Assembly (NCBI RefSeq): GCF_018350175.1 | Contig: NC_058372.1 | Span: 3,844,001 to 3,908,000, forward strand | Origin: Felis catus | Lineage: Eukaryota | Direction: 5' to 3' | Length of the DNA: 64,000 nt | Shown: positions 1 through 11,550 of the stretch, in pieces | How the letters are laid out: each line of letters begins with the position of its first letter | Position numbering within the stretch: the first letter of the stretch is position 1 | The notes under the pieces: generated by a model | The model's input: only the letters and a program-made list of their open reading frames with translations | The model's database searches: none | What the model was told of the DNA's origin: nothing | Program-made: the position numbers and the translations under genes

Positions 1-535
1 AATGTCTGCACTCCAGCTTCTATTCTGCGGTTTTGAAACAGGCCTTAATCTTGCCTCCTATTTTACCCAGCACTCTACATACCCCTTCCTCCATCCAAAG
101 TGACCTACTTTATTCAGGAAATTAGAACAGTCCTACCTCTGGCCCTCGGCTCCTGACATTCCCTTGGCTTTGGATGAGCGTGGGCTTTCATGGGAGCATT
201 CACTCTTCCTGCTTGGCTAGCTTCTTCACCGCTTTCAGGTTTGAACTCAAACCTGAAACTCATACCCGAACTCATACCCTCCTGGTGCGGCTCTCCCTGA
301 CCGTCCCCGTGTGTCTCAGATATGCCCTTTTCCTACTTTGTCTCCATGCCGCTCGTCACCAAAAACCGCACTGTCCTCTTCTGTGCATTTAGCCCATTGT
401 GCACCTCGCCACGCTAGGAGGGCGTCACCACAAGGGTACAGTTTTCCATCTGCCATGGACACTGCCATGTTCCGTGGACCTGGAACTCTCTGGCATTTAG
501 TCGGTATTCAATGAGTATGTGTGGACTGAATGCTG
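1..535 (+). mobile_element. LINE-2 3' fragment
   Basis: Degenerate L2 3' tail ending ...ggcatttagtcggtattcaatgagtatgtgtggactgaatg; recognised by eye. Confidence 0.5.
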
Positions 536-1044
536 AATACTCACCTCCCTCATGAACTCTCTTGACCCTTCTGATTCGCAGTGATTACCCCTCTCTGCCA
601 CCCATTCTCATATTCCTGATTGCTTACACCTTCATTTTTGGAGGCAGAATATCCTGTACTATTTAATCTTCAGACATACAGTCCTTCTCTTTTCAAAAAG
701 TGTCAAGTCTTTGAGGCAGGATTTGAGACCTTCTATATCTTCATCTTGCAAAGACATTGAGCCAGTGGTTGTTGTTTACTGCTGTCATTGACACTGAAGA
801 TAATGATGAAAAATTAAAAGGAGAGTGAATATTGTCAAGAGAAAGAGTCCTAAGTGTCTGAAGACTTAAGAGAAGGCAAAAAAGAAATGGAAGATGCACA
901 TCTTGACTCTCCTGCCTGGTTCACTGGATCAAAGGATGCTTCTCTGACCGTTGGCTTATGAGTAGATTTTTCTTACACATAGGTTCGTGTTCCTTTTACC
1001 ATCCTATTTGGGACTCAGAAGACCTTTAGGCTTGAGTCTGCAAA

Positions 1045-1151
1045 AATCTTGGTGTTTTTCCTCTTATGGTCCAGAAGATAGACCTGTTCACCTTCCTCTG
1101 GGCCCCATCAAGGTCTATCTTCTGGACCATAAGAGGAAAAACACCAAGATT
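1045..1151. repeat. Perfect 41-bp inverted repeat with 25-nt spacer
   Basis: 1045-1085 (aatcttggtgtttttcctcttatggtccagaagatagacct) is the exact reverse complement of 1111-1151. Confidence 0.97.
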
Positions 1152-1435
1152 CCTCCCGGCAATGTCTCTCGATGTTACTGTATTCCTTGACATGAGCGCT
1201 AAGACCAGGCAAAGACTGCAGTCATATAAACACCGCATTTATAATACATCATCTTTTTTGTGTATTTCAGTGTTGTGGGGCATTTGTTCCCTCATTTCCT
1301 AAAAGTCCCAAGACTTCTTGTGTTTGCGTTTCAATGTTTCGGCCCTCTAACCACGAGGGGTGCAGTACGCTATGGATATGGAGGATGACAGAAGAATTTT
1401 CTGAACCAACCAAGTGTTGTAGCCAAGTGAAAAAA

Positions 1436-2089
1436 TGGAGAAGGTAGGAGTTGGGAATGGCAACGGGGGCAATGGGTTTCCCAACCAGGAGTTTGGAGTC
1501 CTTGGTCCTGACGCAGTTTTGGAGTGGTGGGGGGGTCCAGAGCTGATGGCCAAAAAAGAATTCTTGAGTCGCCTTTGGTGTAAAAAGGTGATAGTATTAA
1601 AGCACGGGGACAGGACCCGGGGGCAGAAAGAGTTACACTGGGGTTGTGATGGGTGACTGATCATATACCTTCAGGTTGGGAGGGCGTTAGGGATAGCATA
1701 AGTCTCTAAGGAGTTTTGGAAGCAGGGTTTCCAGGACCTCGAGAGCCTAACTGCTGTTAGCAAAAGGTCATTTATTACTGTTTAGTAAAACCTCAGTCAT
1801 GAGACCCTTCAGATGTTTATCAGTGGGCCATAAGCTTGGAGTATGAGTGCCAACATGTATCTTGTGATGGTAGAAATAAAGGAAGTTTTCAAAGGAATTC
1901 TTATATGTTAAAGTAGACTTACAGGATCCTGGGGGGTAGGGTGAATGTTAAGATAAGATTACCTTTTGCTCTTAGCAGCAAAGTGTCATCATCCAGGCAG
2001 CTGAGCTCCTAGAGGAATGTCGCCCTGCCTATGGCAAAGGCTGTAGGCAGAAAGGAAAGTTAGTTTTTCATTTGCCTCTGGTTCCCACA
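1436..2089 (-). mobile_element. ERV-type solo LTR (carnivore family)
   Basis: Minus strand starts TGTGGGAACC; R/U5-like block (gggtcctgtccccgtgctttaa...ctcaagaattcttttttggcc) shared with the LTR at 37.9-38.4 kb; left boundary approximate. Confidence 0.6.
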
Positions 2090-2679
2090 TCCGTCTCATT
2101 AACTCAGTGTGAGCCGGTAAAGACCAAGACACAAAAAACTCACAATCGGGGTCTCTATGTTTTGCAATCTCTAAAATGAAAACAGTACTCTACCTACCTT
2201 CAAGGTGATCCCATAAGACCTCATGTGTAAGATAATGATTTAAACAAAAGACCTACTGTCTTGAGTCAGGGAGAGGATGGGCCAGTTCTTGCCTTTAGTT
2301 TTCATTGTTCAGACACTTTTCATTGTTCAGACATTGTTAAGGCTTGGGCTCTGACAAAGAATTGTTTGTTTCCTTTCTTTCTGTTACTTTGTGAGGTCCA
2401 AAGACTTAAAGCAACTGCTGGAATAGATGTACTTTTTAAATGTAAACTATTTTAGAAATTGTTCTGTTTATTCCTTTCCAGAAACAGTCACAATCCTGGA
2501 AAAGGAAAAAACAGCCAAAAGACAGAGCAATGAGGACAATCATTTCTGCTTCGGATTGGATTTTGAATTCGTATTGTTCAGAAAATCAAATGGTTTCAAT
2601 TATTAGTGCTAACGTAAAAGCTCTCCACGCCAGATTACAGTGGAGTATTCAAAAACCTCCCGCTAGGTGGAGGGCTTTT

Positions 2680-2775
2680 ATGCAAATGAGGGATGCTGAT
2701 TATGCTTTTTCATTGGTTACTTGAAAAGAGCCAATGGGAGACTTGTATTCAGCATACCTGCCGTTAGTATAAATA
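2680..2775 (+). promoter_or_regulatory. H2A promoter: octamer, two CCAAT boxes, TATA
   Basis: ATGCAAAT 2680-2687; ATTGG 2712-2716; CCAAT 2731-2735; TATAAATA 2768-2775. Confidence 0.85.
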
Positions 2776-2823
2776 CTTCTCTTGCTCTCAGTTTAGCTCT
2801 ATACTGCTCGCGTTTTCTTTTGA

Positions 2824-3243
<420 letters not shown>

Positions 3244-3310
3244 GCTGATGACTTTTTTTTACACAGGCTTTTTTCCTGATCAAGATAAAGTCCGCTTAGC
3301 TACTTAAAAA

Positions 3311-3352
3311 GGCTCTTTTAAGAGCCACCCACAGTTTCTTTTGAAAGAGCTG
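3311..3352 (+). terminator. Histone 3' stem-loop and HDE (H2A)
   Basis: GGCTCTTTTAAGAGCC 3311-3326 then ACCCA; AAAGAGCTG 3344-3352. Confidence 0.97.
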
Positions 3353-3993
3353 TGCTTTGAACTATTAGCGTTTAAAAACATGGGAGGTGAAATGTCATAA
3401 TTACACCTGGAAGGCTTTGCCCCCACAGAAATGCTTTCACAGTTTTGAGGCTAAAACAACACGGGAAATTAGTGTAAACGTTGCTAACCCCATTGACCGT
3501 GTTTAACCGTGTAGGGCGCATTTTTAGTCCAGAAAAGGGCATTGCTATGTTCCACAGATGAAGTTTGAAAGTTTTTCGCAACGACAGTAGCTTGGAGAAG
3601 GAAGTAATAGTGAAAGTCCCTAGATTAAGATTCTTCATTTTATGGAACACATCCATTAAAATCCCAGTTTGTGAAGGCATGTTTGCTGAAGCAGTGAGGC
3701 TAAGTCCTAGTTCCTTGATAATTCATGCTTGCAAACAAGGAGCATTTTACTAACTCTCCACAATATTTGTGCCACGCCCAAGAAAATTCTGAATGTCATT
3801 TTAGAGGCAGCCCATGTATTTACCTAAACACCTGCAGAATATCTTGATGGTTTCTCTCTAAAAACAACAAAACATCCATTGGAAGTCCCTATGTGGCTTT
3901 GCATGATTACCTTACTTTACACTTTAAAATATCTGCAGCTTTCTGTGCAAGATTTTTGTTCACAGTGGATATAGGAACGAAAGGGTAAATAAA

Positions 3994-4158
3994 TGACGTC
4001 AGAGTAACCACATTTAAGGGCGGGGCTTAAGATTCACTCACCAACCTGAAAGCAACTCTTAATCCGGGCTCCCCGCACGGAGCTGGACCAATCCGAGGAG
4101 GGCGCGGGAACTTTTGAATGCTCTTGGGTCCAATGGTTGGCGGTCCGGCTGTATAAAA
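3994..4158 (+). promoter_or_regulatory. H3 promoter: CRE, two CCAAT boxes, TATA
   Basis: TGACGTCA 3994-4001; CCAAT 4088 and 4130; TATAAAA 4152-4158. Confidence 0.85.
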
Positions 4159-4218
4159 GAAGGAGGGCTGTGTGCCTCTCACCGCTTTCGGAGAAGACGC
4201 TCTCGGCCTGCTTGGGGG

Positions 4219-4629
4219 ATGGCTCGCACGAAGCAGACAGCGCGGAAGTCGACGNNNNNNNNNNNNNNNNNNNNNNNNNNNNNNNNNNNNNNNNNNNNNN
4301 NNNNNNNNNNNNNNNNNNNNNNNNNNNNNNNNNNNNNNNNNNNNNNNNNNNNNNNNNNNNNNNNNNNNNNNNNNNNNNNNNNNNNNNNNNNNNNNNNNNN
4401 NNNNNNNNNNNNNNNNNNNNNNNAGCGNNNNNNNNNNNNNNNNNNNNNNNNNNNNNNNNNNNNNNNNNNNNNNNNNNNNNNNNNNNNNNNNNNNNNNNNN
4501 NNNNNNNNNNNNNNNNNNNNNNNNNNNNNNNNNNNNNNNNNNNNNNNNNNNNNNNNNNNNNNNNNNNNNNNNNNNNNNNNNNNNNNNNNNNNNNNNNNNN
4601 NNNNNNNNNNCCGCGGCGAGAGGGCGTAA
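4219..4629 (+). CDS. H3C2: Histone H3, replication-dependent (136 aa)
   Basis: MARTKQTARKST...RGERA*; 411 nt; interior masked so H3.1 versus H3.2 is not visible; symbol by synteny. Confidence 0.93.
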   Translation: MARTKQTARKSTXXXXXXXXXXXXXXXXXXXXXXXXXXXXXXXXXXXXXXXXXXXXXXXXXXXXXXXXXXXXXXXXXXXXXXXXXXXXXXXXXXXXXXXXXXXXXXXXXXXXXXXXXXXXXXXXXXXXXXXRGERA

Positions 4630-4664
4630 GTTCTTAACGAAGGATCGCCGACCTTAAACCCAAA

Positions 4665-4709
4665 GGCTCTTTTCAGAGCCACCCAATTAGCTCAACAAAA
4701 GTGGCTGTG
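4665..4709 (+). terminator. Histone 3' stem-loop and HDE (H3)
   Basis: GGCTCTTTTCAGAGCC 4665-4680, ACCCA, then AAAAGTGGCTGTG. Confidence 0.97.
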
Positions 4710-5097
4710 AACCTTTAGATGGTGTTTAGGTGAGCATGGCCATACTAAGCATTACTTGAAATCTAGTTGTTCTAATGGGACTTCTACCCGGCAAAAGGGT
4801 CCGTTTTTGAAAACCATGTGACAAACTGCATATGACCCTGTCAACCCACTTTCCTAGACTATATCGTGTGCCTTTACTGAAAAGGGGACGACCTTGAACC
4901 GGTAGCCGCGTACATGAACTGCCCACTTTGAAAGTGCCTAATTTTGCCTCTAAGAAGTTTGAGCTTTAGGTTACATCCCCAACTATCAAACACTTCGAAG
5001 ATCATAGCGTTTACACTATACATAACAAACTTCAGAGCAATACAGAATACTGAATAATGACAGCTCCAAATTCCAAAGGCTTCGCTTCAGTTTTCCC

Positions 5098-5282
5098 CAC
5101 ACCTTTGCTCTTACCCCTAATACTTCTGGGCTGCATCTGAGATGGGAGTAGATGCATCGACCTAAATCAGGTGGACAACCATCAACAAAACACAAGATTC
5201 ACCTTGAATTGTGTGGTTTGCTTGGATTGCTTTACATTCCTGGATTTTGATAAAACAACTTTGACTTTACAAAATATTTGCA
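5098..5282 (+). repeat. Left arm of 185-bp inverted repeat
   Basis: Reverse complement of 6288-6472 with 11 mismatches and no indels (manual alignment). Confidence 0.95.
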
Positions 5283-5309
5283 TTTTTCTAAGTAATAAGG
5301 TTGGATGTT

Positions 5310-5313
<4 letters not shown>

Positions 5314-5349
<36 letters not shown>

Positions 5350-5364
5350 TGTGTGTGTGTGTGT
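5314..5364. repeat. (TG)n microsatellite
   Basis: Direct reading; one interruption. Confidence 0.95.
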
Positions 5365-5899
5365 ACTTGCGTGTGTCATTGCGTTGTATTTTTATTTAAA
5401 TTTCCAGGCTCTCCTACATGTAATTGTCTGGCACAGACCTTTGTTATCTATGTAAAAGGTCTCAATGATGCCCTTGGCTTGAGCCAGGGTCTGTCCCCTG
5501 CCCCAGCCCACATCTGGGCCCCAGCTGAAGTCGAAATATCTTGGTTTTTCTTATTGCTGTGCTGGCTTTTATGTACATTGTTTGGCTTTTTCCTCGATAT
5601 GTTATGTATCTGTTAGAAAAAGGGTGTTTAAGGCACAGGGCCTGAAAGGATAGCTTTAAAAAGGTACAAGTGCCCATTGCTGTCTGAGGGTGGGATGGCC
5701 AGGGGACAGTGGCTCAGATTGGCTGCCCCTGCCCTCCCCCATCCCCTTCCCAGTCAAGGAATGTGGATTTGGTTCTAAGTCTTCATTTACTTGAGCCCCT
5801 CAACAGAAAAACTGCCCAGTGTGGTGAATAAGGATAGCACTATCTTAGAATCCATAACGTTGTTAATTTTTCTGCAGGAGTATTCTGGAAACTGGAAGC

Positions 5900-6030
5900 A
5901 CAGGGCAGTATTTAGACATCAGATTGCCCACATTCAAATCCCAGTGTTACCACTTACCGTATCGTCTGACACAAATTGATTTCTCCATCATCAGAAAAAT
6001 AGGGAATAACACTACCCACCTTAGCGGGTA
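5900..6030 (+). mobile_element. MIR fragment
   Basis: ttcaaatcccagtgttaccacttacc...catcagaaaaatagggaataacactacccacctta resembles the MIR core. Confidence 0.55.
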
Positions 6031-6287
6031 TCATAGTTACTGGGATCATAGAAGTTGATTTTTGGACACGTGGCATTGGAGAAATGCTATGAATTTTCCT
6101 GAGCTCTGTGTGATTCTCCCTTACACTCTAACATTTCTTTGAAAATTGAAATAAAAACTCAAACTTTCCCCTCTAAATGTCCTTTTCATTGGGCATGACT
6201 TTATTGAATAGACTCGGCCCAGTTTGGAAATGAAACTTCAGCGGGTATTCTAAAATCAAAGAATGGAGGAAATTCAGTCATAAATAT

Positions 6288-6472
6288 TGCAAATATTTTG
6301 TAAAGTCAAAGTTGTTTTATCAAAATCCAGGAATGTAAAGCGATCCAAGCAAACCACACAATTCAAGGTGAATCTTGTGTTTTGTTGATGGTTGTCCACC
6401 TGATTTAGGTCGGTGCATGAACTCCCATCTCAGATGTAGGCCACAAATGTTAGGAGTAAGAGCTAAGGTGTG
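6288..6472 (-). repeat. Right arm of 185-bp inverted repeat
   Basis: Reverse complement of 5098-5282. Confidence 0.95.
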
Positions 6473-7089
6473 TGGGGGGGGTGGGGGGAAAGAAATTTAC
6501 TGAATATATTGGAAGGGGAGCTGTGCCCACATTTTAATATCACTGCATGAAGCATTTATTACTTTCTATTAGCGGAGTGACTATGGTCATGCTGGAGGGA
6601 AAAAAAGGCGTTTAACATACAGATTGTATTTTTTAAATGGCTGTTGGAAGGTCCTTCATGAAACACGGTGTTTCTTTCCCAGACACCATGGTGATACGAC
6701 ACCACATGCTGAAATTCACCGCTACTACTGCTGGCTCTCGAACTTTGGGTTTATACAGACTTTCAGAAGAGAGGAGGAGGCCAAGGTCAGGGTGTATTTT
6801 TCAGAGTTAAAGATTTAGTAGTAGCCCTTCCAGTCATCCCAGTAGAAGTGACTTACTAATCCATGAGTGTCTGAGGTTTAACACCACAGTGGGAAGTCAG
6901 TGTAGAAATGTGAATTGTACTCCAGATTCGGCTGCCGGAGAGCCAGGAAGGAACATTACTTGCCAATGCCCCTTTGGAAAGGGCACCTAGGGATATTCTC
7001 AGGCAACCATATTTAACATGTCATGTATGAACAGAAAAACAGCCTGTCAGTCACTAGGTGAATGAATAAAGATGGCGTCTTACATAGAG

Positions 7090-7408
7090 CTGACAATACG
7101 GATTCAAAATGCATGTGTCCACTTATTTGCAGAGTTTTATAACAAATACAACACACTGTAAAGGTTTTTCTCTTCCTTATGTTTTCTTAATAACATTTTC
7201 TTTTCTCTGGTTTACTTTATAATAAGAATACAATATATAATACATATACCAAATACATATTAATAGACTTTATGTCATCAGTAAGGCTTCTAATCAACAG
7301 TATGGTATTGGTAGTTTGGGCAGGGAGTGGTCACAAGATATATCTGGATTTTTCAACTGTGCAAGAATCAGCCCCCCAAGCCCTGCATTGTTCAGAGGTC
7401 ATTTGTAA
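7090..7408 (+). mobile_element. Tigger2/MER28-type non-autonomous DNA transposon
   Basis: gtccacttat...ttttctcttccttatgttttcttaataacattttcttttctct...ttgttcagaggtcatttgta. Confidence 0.6.
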
Positions 7409-7409
7409 A

Positions 7410-7920
7410 TAAAATGGGACATTAGTCATACAAAGAATGAAATCTTGGTATTCACAACATGGATGGACTTAGAGGGTATTAGGCTAAATGAAATAAGTCA
7501 GGCAGAGAAAGACAAATACCATATGACTTCACTTACATGTGGAGTCTATAAAACAGCATCGATGACAACAGCAAACAGATAAATACAGAGAACAAATCGG
7601 TAGTTTAGGGGCGAGGGGTAAGAGGCAAAGAAGGTAAAGGTGATTAAGAAGGAAAAACATCCAGTTATACAATAAATAAGTCACAAGGACGAAAAGCACA
7701 GCATAGGGAATATGATCATATTGTAACAACTTTGTATGGTAGCGACACTTGTGATGAGCATTTCATAATGTATATAATTGCCAATTCACTACGTTATACA
7801 CTAGTATACTATTGTAAGTCACTATACTTCAATTGAAAAGAAAACAAAACCAAAAACCCAGAACCCATCAATGTCTTGTACTTTATTAAATGTTGTGATT
7901 AAAAAAAAAAAAAAAAAAAA
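7410..7920 (+). mobile_element. LINE-1 3' end with poly(A)
   Basis: aagaatgaaatcttg...acatggatggacttagagggtatt...aaataagtcaggcagagaaagacaaatacc; A-tail near 7900-7920. Confidence 0.85.
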
Positions 7921-8199
7921 CCTTCGCTATTATATACGTATCTGTGTTGCCTATATTGTGTCACGAGTAAAAGCCTGAAAGTGAAGGCTCAGGGCAACAT
8001 CCTAACTCCAGACAGGCTCTTTAAGCAACAATACCAACAAAAAACCAGCCATATTTATGTCTCTGCGCCAATCTCTGGTCTAGCCTTCTGTTTACGTTAG
8101 GTAATTTCAATCTGTACAAAAGTTCCCTGAGTACCATCAGCGCTCCACCTTAACAGATAAAGAAAATGAAGGGCAACTTTGCAAGGTCACGCCGCTGTA

Positions 8200-8870
8200 A
8201 TAGAGGAAAAATGACTTCCCCTGCCCTTTTGAGTTTCTGGCCTAGACCCTGCCGTAAAAGGCAGATTAAGGACAGAAAAACAGAGGTTTAATGATATATA
8301 TACCTCAGGTATACATGGGAAAGAGAGACTCTGAAAAACTGAGAACACCTGAAAAGGCCCAAGCCACCCCCTTTACATACTCTCTTCCACTAAAGACAAA
8401 AGATGTCATGCGGGAGGGGCGTGCACAGGGCGCCGGTTATGGGCTCCCAGGGAAAGGATGGCAAGCAACACAAGGTTGTTCTGCAGAATCAAGGCCGGGC
8501 TTTCTCCATGGACAAGATTCTGTGCTGATCTAGTCGTCCTTCTTTCTGGCACAGAGAGGGAGACACCGATTGAGATCTCCTTCACAAATGTGAAACTCCC
8601 CTTAAGAAAGTGTGAGTTCTCCTCTGGTTTTAGAGATTCTCCTGCGTCTGGTATTTCTCTAAACTGCTCAGAAATAGCCCTTATGTCAGACAGGCCTATG
8701 TGCGGGCGGCGTATACCGTACCGTTCACACGCACGGGGCATGTTTGGCCAAGGTGTGTCTGAGCTCCCCACTCCTATTTTGGGGTGGCGTCCTAGGGTAC
8801 CCTTCCCAATCATCCCCTTCTGAAGGAGAAAGGACAGCACTTGCGTATAAAAAAAAAATGAGCCCCTGTG
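8200..8870. mobile_element. ERV1 LTR, MER34-like
   Basis: Shares motifs with the LTRs at 12.6 and 13.5 kb; family named from memory. Confidence 0.45.
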
Positions 8871-9030
8871 AACATTCTCACGGGAAGATATAATTTCAGA
8901 TACAAATATCAACGGTTTCAGAAAAATCTAGAGCTTAAAACTGAAACTCCTCACTCCGTTCCCTCCCCCACACCGCCATTGGCTGTAAGCCCAGAGAGGG
9001 GCGGAGCCCGGCTTGCAGTCGCGGCGCCTC

Positions 9031-9083
9031 GGTTCCCGCCCGCGCGTTCAGTTCTCAATCAGGTCCGACGACTGCTTATAATA
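9031..9083 (+). promoter_or_regulatory. H4 promoter: Site II-like element and TATA
   Basis: GGTTCCCGCC 9031-9040; TCAATCAGGTCCG 9055-9067 (HINFP-type GGTCCG); TATAATA 9077-9083. Confidence 0.85.
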
Positions 9084-9136
9084 ACGCCGGTCGGGAGTGG
9101 GGCCATCGCTGTGACTTACTCACAGAACGTGTTTAG

Positions 9137-9454
<318 letters not shown>

Positions 9455-9482
9455 NCCTTCGTCGCCATTTTTTCTCCATAAA

Positions 9483-9520
9483 GGTCCTTTTCAGGGCCGC
9501 CCACTTAGTCTCAAAAAGAG
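9483..9520 (+). terminator. Histone 3' stem-loop (variant) and HDE (H4)
   Basis: GGTCCTTTTCAGGGCC 9483-9498 (U-G pair), then GCCCA; AAAGAG 9515-9520. Confidence 0.92.
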
Positions 9521-10368
9521 TTGTTCGCGTCTCCCTCTTCCACTCTCTAGTTCTCCTGTTGGGAAGGCTCATTCGGCCTACCTGCTAAGGCTTCGGCTTT
9601 CGTCTCACGCATAAACTGAGCAACGCTCCATTCTCCCTGCTACCTCTCCACCAATCAGCTCGCAGCACAGTGCGGGGCGCAGGCCGCGGGCCAATCCGGA
9701 GCAGGGGCTGGCCGAGGAAAGCCAATGGGGAGGCGTCTGAAGTCCCCGGCCCACGGCTTTCTGGGGAAGGAGTTGGCCTCCCCCTCGTCCCTTTCCCCCA
9801 AGAGGCCATCCTGGCCGGCGGCCGTGCTTCAGTCGCTGTCGAACGCGTTGGTCCGGGGAGGCTCCGGTGAATATCCGTACTAATTCCCAGAGCGTGCTCC
9901 CGCCTCTGGAAGCCAGGGATGGCCCGAGAAGGCTCTTCGTTGTCGTGTGATTGCCCCCAGCGATGCCCGGACAGAGGACGACACAGGCTTTCCCCGCCCG
10001 CGCTGGCATCCGCCACTTCTATCTCCGGGGTTGGAGCCGGTGAGGGTGAGGTCGGCCCACAGCCTTGCGCAGACGGTGTCTTTGAGCTTAAGATGCCTTG
10101 GCATTGCAGGTTTGCGTCCGCAGGCCGCGCGCCTTCGCTAAGCCTTTGGCTTGGGGAAATTGCCATTTACTAGATTAAAGGGAGTCTGTTCTTATTCAGG
10201 TCTCTGGCTACTGGGAGCCTTGAGGTCTCCAGGGCGCAAATTCGAGGGGCTGAGGGAGAAAGCCCCCTCCTCAGGTCACTGGCTCTGGTGACTGTCTTGG
10301 ACCTTCCCCCTTCTTCCCTTTGTCCGGTTCATTTCCCTCCTGCCTCCTGTATAAATTCTAAGGTTGTT

Positions 10369-10562
10369 GGGGCACCTGGGTGGCTCAGTTAAACGCATCT
10401 GACTTCTGCTCAGGTCATGATTTCAGTTCGAGCCCCGCGTCGGGCTCTGTGCTGACAGCTCAGAGCCTGGAGCCTGCTTTGGGTTCTGTCTCCCTCTCTC
10501 TGCCCCACCCCTGCTTGCGCTCTGTCTCTGTCTCTCAAAAATGAGTAAATATTTTTAAAAAT
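10369..10562 (+). mobile_element. Can-SINE (feline type)
   Basis: ggggcacctgggtggctcag head, (CT)n, A-rich tail, taaggtt TSD. Confidence 0.95.
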
Positions 10563-10925
10563 GTAAGGTTTTATTTTAATGAACGTTTCAAACATGGTTA
10601 TAAAAAGTTTTGAAGTTATGTCCTCCAATTGGTAAATCACAACGGAATAGTCAGCATTGATTTAATGCTTAAGAAATATATTGACATTTGCTTAAAACTC
10701 TGCTGGCTGGTTACTCTGCTAACATGTCTCTCTGACACAAGAAGATACTTGAATAGGCAATTGGAAGATTCTTGAGTTCCAAGTGAGAGGTCTGGTTTAG
10801 AGAAAAATTTGGGACACTCCCGCCTGTCAATGGTAAGACAATGAGATCAAGACTTTCAACACCATTTATTACTGTACGTTGTAGTGGTAAATGAATAGAA
10901 ATATAAATTGTCATCAGAAGGGATT

Positions 10926-11104
10926 GGGGCGCCTGGGTGGCTCAGTTAGTTGAGCGTCCAACTTTGGCTCAGGTCATGATCTTCCGGTGTGTGAGTTGGA
11001 GCCCCGCGTCCGGCTCGGTTCTGACAGCTCAGAGCCTGGAGCCTGCTTTGGATACTTCTCCCTCTCTCTCTGACCCTACCCCGTTCATGCTCTGTCTCTC
11101 TCTG

Positions 11105-11140
<36 letters not shown>

Positions 11141-11155
11141 ATTAAAAATTAAAAA
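10926..11155 (+). mobile_element. Can-SINE (feline type)
   Basis: Full head, poly(A), TSD agaagggatt. Confidence 0.97.
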
Positions 11156-11177
11156 GAAGGGATTGGATATCCTTGAA

Positions 11178-11550
11178 GTGGTGGTCTGAGTGCAGGCTGC
11201 TATAACACAAATACCATAGACTCTGTGGCTAACAACGAATATTGATTTCTCACAGTTCTGGAGGCTGGGAGTTCAAGATCAAGGTCCTGGAAGATTCAGA
11301 TAAGATTTGGTGCCTGGTGAGAACCCATTTCCTGGTTCATAGACCTATCTTACTGTGTCTGCAGATGGCAGACAGAAGGACCAGAGAGCTTTCTGGGATC
11401 TCTTATTATATAAAAGGCACTAATTCCATTCATGAGTGCTCCACCATCATGGCCTGATCACTACCCAAGTGCCCGATCTCTTAATACCATCATATTGGGG
11501 GTTAACATTTCAACATACGAATTTGCAGGGGATACACACAGTCCGTCATA
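11178..11550 (-). mobile_element. MLT1A-type MaLR LTR
   Basis: tctcacagttctggaggctgggagttcaagatcaagg...taataccatcatattgggggttaacatttcaacatacgaattt. Confidence 0.8.

Noticed and set aside
2299-2333. 18-bp tandem duplication ttttcattgttcagaca(c)
   Set aside because: Ordinary slippage duplication with no further structure.
1-2680. H2B gene or remnant divergent from H2A
   Set aside because: No PEPAK, KKGSKK or other H2B-like sequence on the minus strand.
9455-9481. C-terminal extensions of both H4 ORFs (FVAIFSP; long tail to 15466)
   Set aside because: Artefact of translating through Ns that hide the stop codon.
9919-10173. ORF with H2A-like words (GRHRL, GVGAG, GVFEL)
   Set aside because: Spacing and DNA identity are too weak to separate from chance in GC-rich sequence; only the promoter-like module is reported.
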